Source: Clostridia bacterium (GTDB lineage: Bacteria > Bacillota > Clostridia > CAKSNL01 > HGM11501). Taken from it: DNA of 64,000 nucleotides. The stretch covers positions 1 through 64,000 of the forward strand of contig JAZQAZ010000020.1 in the NCBI GenBank assembly GCA_045545475.1. Reading direction: 5' to 3'. The notes below the pieces were generated by a model. That model worked only from the letters and a program-made list of their open reading frames with translations, had not been told where the DNA came from and made no database searches. Below, in pieces: positions 9,786-17,553 of the stretch (within the stretch, counting starts at the first letter, position 1; each line of letters starts with the position of its first letter). Position numbers and translations under genes: made by a program.

Positions 9786-9801
9786 TGTTGAATTTTCAAC
9801 A
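9786..9801. promoter_or_regulatory. Putative Crp/Fnr-family operator
   Basis: Perfect palindrome TGTTGA-ATTT-TCAACA between the divergent Fe-S gene and the Crp/Fnr regulator. Confidence 0.6.
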
Positions 9802-9814
9802 AAAGGAGAAAAAT

Positions 9815-10474
9815 ATGAAAAAATATTTTGATATTTTGAGGAAATGCAATCTTTTTTTAGGTGTAGAAGACGAAAATTTAATTCCGCTCCTGGGATGCAT
9901 AGGGGCGAGGGTTGAAAGCTACGGAAAGAAATATACTGTTCTTGCAGAGGGAAGCGTCCCGAAATATATGGGAATTGTTTTATCGGGAAGCGTACAGATT
10001 GTTCAGGTGGATTACTACGGAAACAGATCTATTTTGTCGGGTGCAGAACCGTCGGAGCTTTTCGGAGAGGCTTTTGCCTGTGCCGAAATAAAAAGCCTTC
10101 CCGTATCGGTAATAGCCAATGAAGATTCAAAGATTATGCTAATCTCTGCCGAGAGAATACTTCATTCCTGTCACAATGCCTGTGCATTTCATCAGAAAAT
10201 GATTTTCAACCTTATGAAAAATCTTGCGGCTAAAAATATAATGTTTCATAAAAAGGTTGAAATTACTTCAAAACGTACCACAAGGGAAAAGCTTATGGCA
10301 TATTTAATGTCAGAAGCAAAACGGCAGGGGAAGAATGAATTTTTAATTTCCTTTGACCGTCAGGAGTTAGCTGATTATCTTGAGGTAGACAGAAGCGGTT
10401 TATCTGCCGAAATAAGTAAGCTGAGAAACGAAGGAATAATCGAGTGCAGAAAAAATCTGTTCAAGTTATTATGA
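9815..10474 (+). CDS. Crp/Fnr family transcriptional regulator
   Basis: cNMP-binding domain (GIVLSGSV...FGEAFA) and HTH RQELADYLEVDRSGLSAEI; RBS AGGAG before ATG 9815. Confidence 0.93.
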   Translation: MKKYFDILRKCNLFLGVEDENLIPLLGCIGARVESYGKKYTVLAEGSVPKYMGIVLSGSVQIVQVDYYGNRSILSGAEPSELFGEAFACAEIKSLPVSVIANEDSKIMLISAERILHSCHNACAFHQKMIFNLMKNLAAKNIMFHKKVEITSKRTTREKLMAYLMSEAKRQGKNEFLISFDRQELADYLEVDRSGLSAEISKLRNEGIIECRKNLFKLL

Positions 10475-10512
10475 AAAAAGAGCGATGGATTTTAATCCAT
10501 CGCTCTTTTTTT
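10474..10512. terminator. Bidirectional terminator
   Basis: AAAAAAGAGCGATGGATT / AATCCATCGCTCTTTTTT between convergent genes. Confidence 0.88.
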
Positions 10513-12001
10513 ACCAGCCCATAAATTCTTCAATTACGGGATAAAGCTCTTCTGCTATTTCTAAGTGTCTTTCATACATGGGGTGTCTGGGATAGGGGAT
10601 TTTCGATTCAAAGACCATAATTTTTGAATTGTCATGGTCTTTGCCGTATTCTTCTATCGCTGCATTTATCGTTTCGGTAAACTTAGGGCGGCTGGAATTT
10701 CCCATAACGATGATTGACACACCGGGGTGAGCCTCACGGAAGGCAATAAACATATTTACATAAGCCTTTTTGATATCATCATAGGAAAGGCCGTCTCTCT
10801 CAATTTTACCCACAACATCGTTTATCCAGTTAAACTGAACGATTAAGTCGGGCTCATATTTTGCGTGGTTCCATTCACCGTATTTGGGATTTACCTGAGA
10901 TACCTTATTGTAAATGGGATCGTTTAATGATGTGAAGCAGTTGTATGCAGAAAGTCCGCTTCTTGCGAAAACTTCAAGCTCTGTATCAAAGTGACGTGCA
11001 ACGTGGGATATGTAAGAGTTGTTGGCGTTTTCATACTTGCTTCCGTGTCCCTTGTCCACATTGTCGGGGTAGTTTACGTTGTTGGAAGCACAGGTGATGG
11101 AGTCGCCGAATACCTGAATTTTACGGCTTTTAGCGGGGGCGGGAGATAAAAGCTCTCCGTTTTCAATATCAACGGAAATCCACTGAATCTGATTGTAGCT
11201 TTCTTCGTTGTCCTTTAAGATTTTAACTGTGTGAATACCGTCTGTAAGGCCTTCTGCGATAACAAATTCGTTTTCGCCCTTGGGAAGCTCAATTCTTACT
11301 TTGTCGTCTTCCTCATAGCTCGTATAAACTGTCTTGTCTCCGTCTATAAATGTGTGAAGATAAGCTGTCTGATTACCTGTTACATTAACCTTTATTTTTG
11401 CACCGGTACCCTTGAAACGAATTTCAATTCCCGATGCGGAAAATGCGGATGTAAGGTATCCGTCCTTTTCGTAATATCTGCCGATGAAACGTGCTGTATT
11501 TCCGTCTATCATATAGCCGTTATCCTCCGTCATATTTGCATAAAGCATTTTTTCTATGGTTACTGTTCTGGTTGTTTCGTCCCATTCCACGTTGGATTCA
11601 AGTGCTTCGGCAAGAGCACGTACGGGAACAAGAGTTCTTCCGTCAATAATCATGGGAGGAACATCTGCTTCTATTTCCATATCAGCCTCGGTGCCTTCTG
11701 CAACATCTGTTGCAAGGTAAAACTTAACCACCGGGCTTCCTATTGTCATCATAACCGTATAGTCGTAACCTACGCCTGTTGCGGTCTGTGTTTCACCGTT
11801 CCAGGAAACAGCCATTCCCAGGGCTTCGAAAATCGCTCTTACCGGAAGCATGGTACGTCCGTCAACAATTGTGGCAGGAACGTCGGACTCCACCTTGCCG
11901 CCATTTACGATAACTGTTATTTCTGTGTTTTCTGAAAACGCTGTGCATGTAAAAATTAAAAGTGCAGTAAGTATTAATGCGATTATCTTTTTCATGTTCA
12001 T
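10511..12001 (-). CDS. Secreted protein: CuAO_N (stalk) domain plus CE2-like SGNH/GDSL esterase
   Basis: Signal peptide; two DGRT[M/L][L/V]PVRA..EAL...V.W motifs; beta-domain followed by FGDSITC and a C-terminal RHP. Confidence 0.75.
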   Translation of the reverse strand: MNMKKIIALILTALLIFTCTAFSENTEITVIVNGGKVESDVPATIVDGRTMLPVRAIFEALGMAVSWNGETQTATGVGYDYTVMMTIGSPVVKFYLATDVAEGTEADMEIEADVPPMIIDGRTLVPVRALAEALESNVEWDETTRTVTIEKMLYANMTEDNGYMIDGNTARFIGRYYEKDGYLTSAFSASGIEIRFKGTGAKIKVNVTGNQTAYLHTFIDGDKTVYTSYEEDDKVRIELPKGENEFVIAEGLTDGIHTVKILKDNEESYNQIQWISVDIENGELLSPAPAKSRKIQVFGDSITCASNNVNYPDNVDKGHGSKYENANNSYISHVARHFDTELEVFARSGLSAYNCFTSLNDPIYNKVSQVNPKYGEWNHAKYEPDLIVQFNWINDVVGKIERDGLSYDDIKKAYVNMFIAFREAHPGVSIIVMGNSSRPKFTETINAAIEEYGKDHDNSKIMVFESKIPYPRHPMYERHLEIAEELYPVIEEFMGW

Positions 12002-12102
12002 TTGCTCCTTTCTTTTGTTAATTTATTATATAACAGTGCAAGGGGAAGGTCAAGAATGAAATGTTGAAGTGGAATGTTGAAATGCTGTAGCTCAAATATT
12101 TT

Positions 12103-12131
12103 TTGACATTTTTGATTTTATGTGTTATAAT
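12103..12131 (+). promoter_or_regulatory. Consensus sigma-A promoter for carD-ispD-ispF
   Basis: TTGACA-17 bp-TATAAT with an extended TG. Confidence 0.8.
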
Positions 12132-12175
12132 AAAGGTAAGGAACAGCTACATGGCTTAATATGGAGGCGTTTATT

Positions 12176-12661
12176 ATGTATAAAATAGGCGACAAAGTAC
12201 TTTATCCGATGCATGGAGCCGGCGTTATTGAAGGGATTGAAGAAAGAGACATTGTTGGTGAAAAGCACAAATATTACACTATGCGTGTGCCCGTTGGCGA
12301 CATGAAGGTTTTAATTCCCTGCGAGGGAACGGAAAACACGGGTCTTCGTGGCATTATCGATGAAAAAACTGCGGATAAGGTTATAGATTCGATGGAAAAA
12401 GGAGAAGAAGAGGAGCTTGTAAGCTGGAACAAACGCTACAGAGATAATCTTTTGAGAATAAAATCGGGTAATGTTTTTGAGGTCGCCGCCGTGGTAAGAT
12501 GTCTCATGATACGCGACCGTGAAAAAGGTCTTTCCACCGGTGAACGAAAAATGATGATGGATGCACGCCATATTCTGATAAGCGAATTAGTTTTGGCAAA
12601 GAATATGGATAAGGAAGAAATTACCGAAATAATTGAAAAAAAGGTTTTCGGAAATACATAA
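12176..12661 (+). CDS. carD: CarD family transcriptional regulator
   Basis: GDKVLYPMHGAGVI, WNKRYR, LSTGERKM; GGAGG RBS before ATG 12176. Confidence 0.93.
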   Translation: MYKIGDKVLYPMHGAGVIEGIEERDIVGEKHKYYTMRVPVGDMKVLIPCEGTENTGLRGIIDEKTADKVIDSMEKGEEEELVSWNKRYRDNLLRIKSGNVFEVAAVVRCLMIRDREKGLSTGERKMMMDARHILISELVLAKNMDKEEITEIIEKKVFGNT

Positions 12662-12671
12662 GAGGATTTGT

Positions 12672-13361
12672 ATGTATAAAGGACATGTTGTTACTGCCGT
12701 AATACTTGCGGCAGGTTGCGGAAAAAGAATGAATGCAGGAAAAAACAAGCTTTTGCTCGAAATTTCGGGCAAAAGCATTTTGTCGTATACGATAAAGTGC
12801 TTTGACAAGGCTGCTTTGGTGGACGAACTTGTTTTAGTTTCTGCTCCTTGTGAAGAAGAATTGGTAAGAAATATTGCCGCATCAGTTGCGACCAAGCCTT
12901 TCAAGGTCGTTATCGGAGGGGCAGAGAGAAGCGACTCTTCGAATAACGGAGTTTTGGCATCTAAAGACGGCATTGTTTTAATTCACGACGGTGCAAGAGC
13001 GTTTTGCGAGGAAAGAATAATAAACGAATGTGTTGAAGCTGCTGAAAAATATGGTGCGGCAGCACCGGGAATTGCTGTTACAGATACGGTAAAGCTGGTT
13101 AAAAACGGATTTATTAAAGGCACAATTTCCCGTGACAGCCTTACAAGAATTCAGACACCGCAGACATTTATAAGAAGTGAGATATTAAATGCTCACGAAA
13201 ATGCGAAAAAAGACGGGATTAAAGTTACGGATGACTGTATGCTTATGGAAAACTGCGGCAAGGATGTTTTCCTTGTTGAAGGAAGCCCGTATAATATTAA
13301 AATTACGGTTAAGGAAGATCTTATACTTTCAGAGCGTATTGTAAAGGAGATGGGCTTATGA
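12672..13361 (+). CDS. ispD: 2-C-methyl-D-erythritol 4-phosphate cytidylyltransferase
   Basis: LAAGCGKRM, GGAERSDS, IHDGAR, QTPQ, TDD, NIKIT. Confidence 0.95.
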   Translation: MYKGHVVTAVILAAGCGKRMNAGKNKLLLEISGKSILSYTIKCFDKAALVDELVLVSAPCEEELVRNIAASVATKPFKVVIGGAERSDSSNNGVLASKDGIVLIHDGARAFCEERIINECVEAAEKYGAAAPGIAVTDTVKLVKNGFIKGTISRDSLTRIQTPQTFIRSEILNAHENAKKDGIKVTDDCMLMENCGKDVFLVEGSPYNIKITVKEDLILSERIVKEMGL

Positions 13362-13816
13362 GAGTAGGGTTCGGATATGACAGCCACAGACTGGTTGAAG
13401 AAAGAAAACTGATTTTAGGCGGTGTTGAGATACCCTTTGAAAAAGGTCTTTATGGCCACAGTGATGCGGATGTACTTACACACGCCGTTATCGATGCTAT
13501 TTTCGGAGCAGAAGCAAAAGGGGATATAGGCCGTCATTTTCCGGACAATGATCCGGCTTATAAAGACATAAATTCGATGGTACTTCTGGAAAAAGCGGTG
13601 TCTGAAATGGATGGAAAGATTGTAAATATTGACTGTACTCTTTTAATTCAGAAGCCCAAAATGGCTCCGCATATAGAGGAAATTCGCAAAAGTCTTGCGA
13701 AGGGACTTAAGACGGATATAAAAAACGTCAGCGTGAAGGCGAAAACAGAAGAAGGCATGGAAGCCGTTGGCAAAGGTGAACTCGTTAAAGCATATGCTGT
13801 TGTTTTAATAGATTAG
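13358..13816 (+). CDS. ispF: 2-C-methyl-D-erythritol 2,4-cyclodiphosphate synthase
   Basis: GFGYDSH, GHSDADV, GDIGRHFPD, KAKT; ATGA overlap with ispD. Confidence 0.96.
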   Translation: MRVGFGYDSHRLVEERKLILGGVEIPFEKGLYGHSDADVLTHAVIDAIFGAEAKGDIGRHFPDNDPAYKDINSMVLLEKAVSEMDGKIVNIDCTLLIQKPKMAPHIEEIRKSLAKGLKTDIKNVSVKAKTEEGMEAVGKGELVKAYAVVLID

Positions 13817-13818
13817 GC

Positions 13819-13847
13819 TTGACTTTTTGCTCTGCTTAGGCTATAAT
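13819..13847 (+). promoter_or_regulatory. Sigma-A promoter for tRNA-Leu
   Basis: TTGACT-17 bp-TATAAT upstream of the tRNA. Confidence 0.75.
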
Positions 13848-13875
13848 TAAAAAGCTTAATTTTGCATTTAATAAT

Positions 13876-13960
13876 GCGGATGTGGTGGAATTGGCAGACA
13901 TGCCAGATTTAGGTTCTGGTGCAGCAATGCGTGCAGGTTCAAGTCCTGTCATCCGCACCA
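13876..13960 (+). tRNA. tRNA-Leu (anticodon TAG), encoded CCA
   Basis: Acceptor stem GCGGATG/CATCCGC, D-loop GGAATTGGCAGAC, anticodon arm CCAGA-TTTAGGT-TCTGG, long variable arm, T-arm GGTTCAAGTCC, 3' ACCA. Confidence 0.97.
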
Positions 13961-14354
13961 AAAAGAAAGCGTACCCAACGGGTACGCTTTCTTTTTGCAT
14001 GATAAAGTAAGGACTTGAACCTTAAGAAGGTTTTTGCGTAAAGAAAACGATTGATAATCGTTTTTAGCAAAAAGGTGCGAAGGTTGGTACCGAAATGCGA
14101 AGCATTTGGGTAACCGAGCAGTGCAGATTGCGAAGCAATATGCGTCCTGTCATCCGCACCAAAGAAAAAAAGTCGTATACCAACGGTATGCGGCTTTTTT
14201 TCTTTGGTATAAATAGATGGTAAGGACTTGAACTTGTCATAGGCAAAATTGCCCGAAGGGAATTTTTCCGAAGGCACTGCTCAAGTCCTACATATAGCCA
14301 GATGTTGATTGAGACAGCGGGCGAACTTGTCATAGGCAAAATTGCCCGAAGGGA
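13943..14354 (+). repeat. tRNA-linked modular repeats: duplicated tRNA 3' end plus terminator, two TAAGGACTTGAAC motifs, 32-bp direct repeat
   Basis: GTCCTGTCATCCGCACCAAA at 13943 and 14144; TAAGGACTTGAAC at 14008 and 14221; GAACTTGTCATAGGCAAAATTGCCCGAAGGGA at 14230 and 14323. Confidence 0.9.
13960..13996 (+). terminator. tRNA terminator
   Basis: AAAAAGAAAGCGTACCC-AAC-GGGTACGCTTTCTTTTT. Confidence 0.9.
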
Positions 14355-14368
14355 CTTTGAAATGCAAT

Positions 14369-14403
14369 GAAAAACAAGGAGCATAAAAGGCTCCTTGTTT
14401 TTA
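14369..14403 (-). terminator. Terminator for the convergent membrane-protein gene
   Basis: AAAAACAAGGAGC-ATAAAAG-GCTCCTTGTTTTT. Confidence 0.8.
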
Positions 14404-14405
14404 CG

Positions 14406-15185
14406 TTATTTAACTTTTTCAAGGCACAGAAGATATTGTCCTTTGTTCTTTTCCGTGATATTTGGATGGGTTGTCCAGTTTTGCAGGTGATCATACCATT
14501 TCAGGTAAACATCTTCATCGACATTTACAATATAATAAACACCGTCTTCGACTTTTTCAAGCTTCCACAAAATGCTTGTGCATGCTTTTGAATATCCTAC
14601 TCCGTTTTTACCTGGAGTGACGCCGAGAAGTTTATCTCCGTATGAGATTGTAAATGTGCCGTCATTCCTGAAATCCAGCTCAAACACAGAGTCTCTTGAG
14701 TAATCTTCAAGCTTGCCACTGTGTACAACCACCGGATCGCCTGACAAGTAGTAAGATTTATGTACATTGTGTGTTAGTGCAATATTATACTTATCTGCCC
14801 ATATTACATACTTTCCGTCCTTGTTGGTAACGTTGAAGAAAAGCATGCACGAAGAAATTATGATAAGTAATACGGAAATGCAAATTCCAACAACGAAGAT
14901 GTTTGGCTTTACAGGCTTTCTCATTTTTCCTTTGGCTGTTTGCGATTCATCGGTGCTTTTAGCCTTTTCATCATTTTCGTGGATGGCACAGAGAAAAGTG
15001 TAAATGAGAAAAGCACCAAGAAAAATAAGTGCGAGAAATATTAGGGTTGCAGGGGTTTGCAATACGTCTACCTTAAAGGCAAGCCAGGCATAAAGGCCTG
15101 CCAACGAAAAAAATGCATACGGGATACTTTGCCATTCCCGCCAGTTATCTTTAATTTTGTCAAATATATTGAATATGTCGCCCAA
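14406..15185 (-). CDS. Hypothetical membrane protein (about 3 TM helices plus beta-rich C-terminal domain)
   Basis: 259-aa ORF with TTG start and GGAGG RBS; three hydrophobic segments; terminator directly after the stop. Confidence 0.7.
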   Translation of the reverse strand: MGDIFNIFDKIKDNWREWQSIPYAFFSLAGLYAWLAFKVDVLQTPATLIFLALIFLGAFLIYTFLCAIHENDEKAKSTDESQTAKGKMRKPVKPNIFVVGICISVLLIIISSCMLFFNVTNKDGKYVIWADKYNIALTHNVHKSYYLSGDPVVVHSGKLEDYSRDSVFELDFRNDGTFTISYGDKLLGVTPGKNGVGYSKACTSILWKLEKVEDGVYYIVNVDEDVYLKWYDHLQNWTTHPNITEKNKGQYLLCLEKVK

Positions 15186-15318
15186 AAAAATCCCTCCATG
15201 TACGGAATTTCTAGCATTATATCATTTTTTAATACGTTTGGCAAGAGAAAGTTAGAAACTGATGTATTTGCACTTTATTAAAATATGCCGCTTTTCAAAC
15301 AGAAAAACGGCATATTTT

Positions 15319-17382
15319 TTATAATTTGATTTCAAAAAATCTTGCCTGGATATCTTCGGTAAAGTCAATGGTGAGGGAGGAGGAATCAAACGTGAATTTT
15401 GTTTCCATCTTTTCAGGGTAAATAACTTTTACATCCTTAACCGTAATTTCAGGAAGAGGAAGGTGTGTGTGTCTTTCGCCATTTAAATTCCACACGGCAA
15501 GGTAAACCTTAGTGTCCGTCTTAAGACCCGATGCAACAAAGGTATCGCCGTAAGCGGCATATCCCTTGGGAAGATAGGGTGTTGACTTAAGCTTGTCTGG
15601 CGTGATGCGGTCATAAACATCAATTCCTTCTTTGATAAGAGCCTGCTTTTCTTCATCCAGGAGATGTATGCGTGATGCAAGATGGATTCTTCCGAGGAGT
15701 GAATTTATCATATTCATAACAACTCTTTCTTTTGAGACAAGCTCGTTAACCTCAGGACCCGGAGCCTTGTTATATACGTCGATTGCAACGGGATAGCTCC
15801 ATACAGCCGCCTGCTCGGGAAGAACCGATGCGGCAACATTTGCACTTATGTAGGGGTAGGTTAAATAGTCTGTCTGGTCAGAGGTTGAAATTAGATGAAA
15901 GATGGAAAGTGCCTTATAGTCCATTCTGTTTCCGCCGCCGTAGCAATCCTCGAAAATTACGTCGGGATGGCGGTGCATTGCATCAATGGTCCAGTTAAGG
16001 AAAGCTTCGTAGGCTTTTTCAAGTCCGTCGCCTAATGACGTTGAATCAAGCTCTGTTCCGCATCCGGGATTGGGACAGCCGTCGTACTTTATATAATCAC
16101 AGCCGTATTCATCTATCATTCGGTCGAGGGTTTTTGACATATAGTCATAAACCTTCTTGTTTCTGAAATCCAGTAAATAGCCTGTGCCGTGGCGGATTTT
16201 CTTGCCGTTTCTGATAAAGAAGCAATCGTCTCCGTAATAGGAAAGCATCTTTTCGTTGTCAACACCAACAACTTCGGGGCCTATCCATAAGCCGAATTTC
16301 ATTCCAAGGGAGCGTACATATTCTGTTACGGCACGGATTCCGTCGGGGAATCGGGTCAAATCCTCAAACCAGGTGCCGAATTTTGGATACATACCCATAG
16401 GGCCGGTGATATCTTTCGAATCGTGCCAGCCGCAGTCAACAACATAATATTTGCATCCGGCCTTTGCAACAAAGGGGGCAGTAAGCTTAACTCTTTCTGC
16501 ATTGGGATCGTCCCAGGAATAGTGCATATATTCGTTGTATATTGCAGGAAGATTTTCGTCAGCCTTGCTCTTAGGCTTTATGTGACGGCGATAGGAAGTC
16601 ATTTCGGCAAGTACCGAATTAAGTGTCTTACCGCCTGCGATTGCAACGGTAGCTGTCTCATAGCTTTCGCCGGAAGCAAGGTATTTATTCCAGTTGTGGT
16701 GGCGTGCATTAAAGCCTGACAAGTGAAGGTTGAAAGCAGGATCAATCTGATAAACCCAGCTTGTGTAGCTTTCAATCTGGAACATTAAAAATTCCCCGTC
16801 ACGTCTGTTTTCAACTATACCCTGAGGAAGGGAGAGGTAGGCAGAGGCGTTACCGGTATTGGACACGAAAAATGTTCCGTTTTCCCACTGGAAACCTAAA
16901 TCGTTAAGGCTTCTTACATCGGGATGTGCCTCGGTATATCGGGAATTATTGAACTTGTGGAAAAAGTAGGCGTTTTTGTCTTCGGAAAGCTTCTTTCCGA
17001 AGCGGAGTCTTAAGCTTGTAGCCGCCTCTAAGCATACTTCTTCATCGGAGATGTTTTTAATTAAGTGCTTAACTCTTATCGCATTGGTATCGTCATACAT
17101 TATGAAACAGCTTGTTACCTCAAAATTATCTGATTTCTGCACTATGGTGAGAACGTTTTCATTCACTTCGTGGCTTACATATCTTAGCTTTGCGGTCTCT
17201 TGTGATGAGCCCATACGGTAGCTTCCCGATGAGGTGCCGCCGGCAATGTCAAACTCCATAAAAGCAAGGGATCTTGGGTTATTTAATCGTTCTGTGTTAT
17301 CGAAGCCGTAATAATTTGTGAGTGCAACGAATCCGCCGTCCGTAACGGTAAAGGTGAGTGCACCGAAAGTAAATGTATTCAT
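15319..17382 (-). CDS. Alpha-galactosidase, GH36
   Basis: YNEYM, YYVVDCGW, RFPDG, GMKFGLW.GPE, DYIKYD, E.C.GGG.RMD, STSDQ. Confidence 0.9.
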   Translation of the reverse strand: MNTFTFGALTFTVTDGGFVALTNYYGFDNTERLNNPRSLAFMEFDIAGGTSSGSYRMGSSQETAKLRYVSHEVNENVLTIVQKSDNFEVTSCFIMYDDTNAIRVKHLIKNISDEEVCLEAATSLRLRFGKKLSEDKNAYFFHKFNNSRYTEAHPDVRSLNDLGFQWENGTFFVSNTGNASAYLSLPQGIVENRRDGEFLMFQIESYTSWVYQIDPAFNLHLSGFNARHHNWNKYLASGESYETATVAIAGGKTLNSVLAEMTSYRRHIKPKSKADENLPAIYNEYMHYSWDDPNAERVKLTAPFVAKAGCKYYVVDCGWHDSKDITGPMGMYPKFGTWFEDLTRFPDGIRAVTEYVRSLGMKFGLWIGPEVVGVDNEKMLSYYGDDCFFIRNGKKIRHGTGYLLDFRNKKVYDYMSKTLDRMIDEYGCDYIKYDGCPNPGCGTELDSTSLGDGLEKAYEAFLNWTIDAMHRHPDVIFEDCYGGGNRMDYKALSIFHLISTSDQTDYLTYPYISANVAASVLPEQAAVWSYPVAIDVYNKAPGPEVNELVSKERVVMNMINSLLGRIHLASRIHLLDEEKQALIKEGIDVYDRITPDKLKSTPYLPKGYAAYGDTFVASGLKTDTKVYLAVWNLNGERHTHLPLPEITVKDVKVIYPEKMETKFTFDSSSLTIDFTEDIQARFFEIKL

Positions 17383-17497
17383 ATTAAATCCTCCTTTTAA
17401 GTAAGGCTTTTCTTAAATTAAATATAGCATAAAGATATTTTTTTGACAAGTGTATCGGGATTTTTTACATAAACATTTGCAATCGACATCTTTCTGC

Positions 17498-17526
17498 TTG
17501 ACAAACCGTGTCAAAAATATTATGCT
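17498..17526 (+). promoter_or_regulatory. Sigma-A-like promoter for the MATE-GH78-GH37 genes
   Basis: TTGACA-17 bp-TATGCT; the -35 box is half of a TTGACA-N5-TGTCAA palindrome. Confidence 0.55.
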
Positions 17527-17553
17527 GATTAAGGAAAGTTTAGGAGGATAATT

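Noticed and set aside
12060-12090. AATGTTGAA direct repeats upstream of the carD promoter
   Set aside because: Two 9-mers in AT-rich intergenic DNA are too weak to call a binding site without comparative data.
13943-14163. attL/attR of a prophage or integrative island at tRNA-Leu
   Set aside because: The direct repeats are only 201 bp apart, and no integrase, phage or conjugation genes occur in the window. Kept instead as a small tRNA-linked element.
13939-14384. ORFs 13939-14277 (-) and 14064-14384 (-)
   Set aside because: They run antisense through the tRNA end, terminators and repeats. Their repeated peptides (FFGADDRT, SLRAILPMTSS) simply mirror the DNA repeats.
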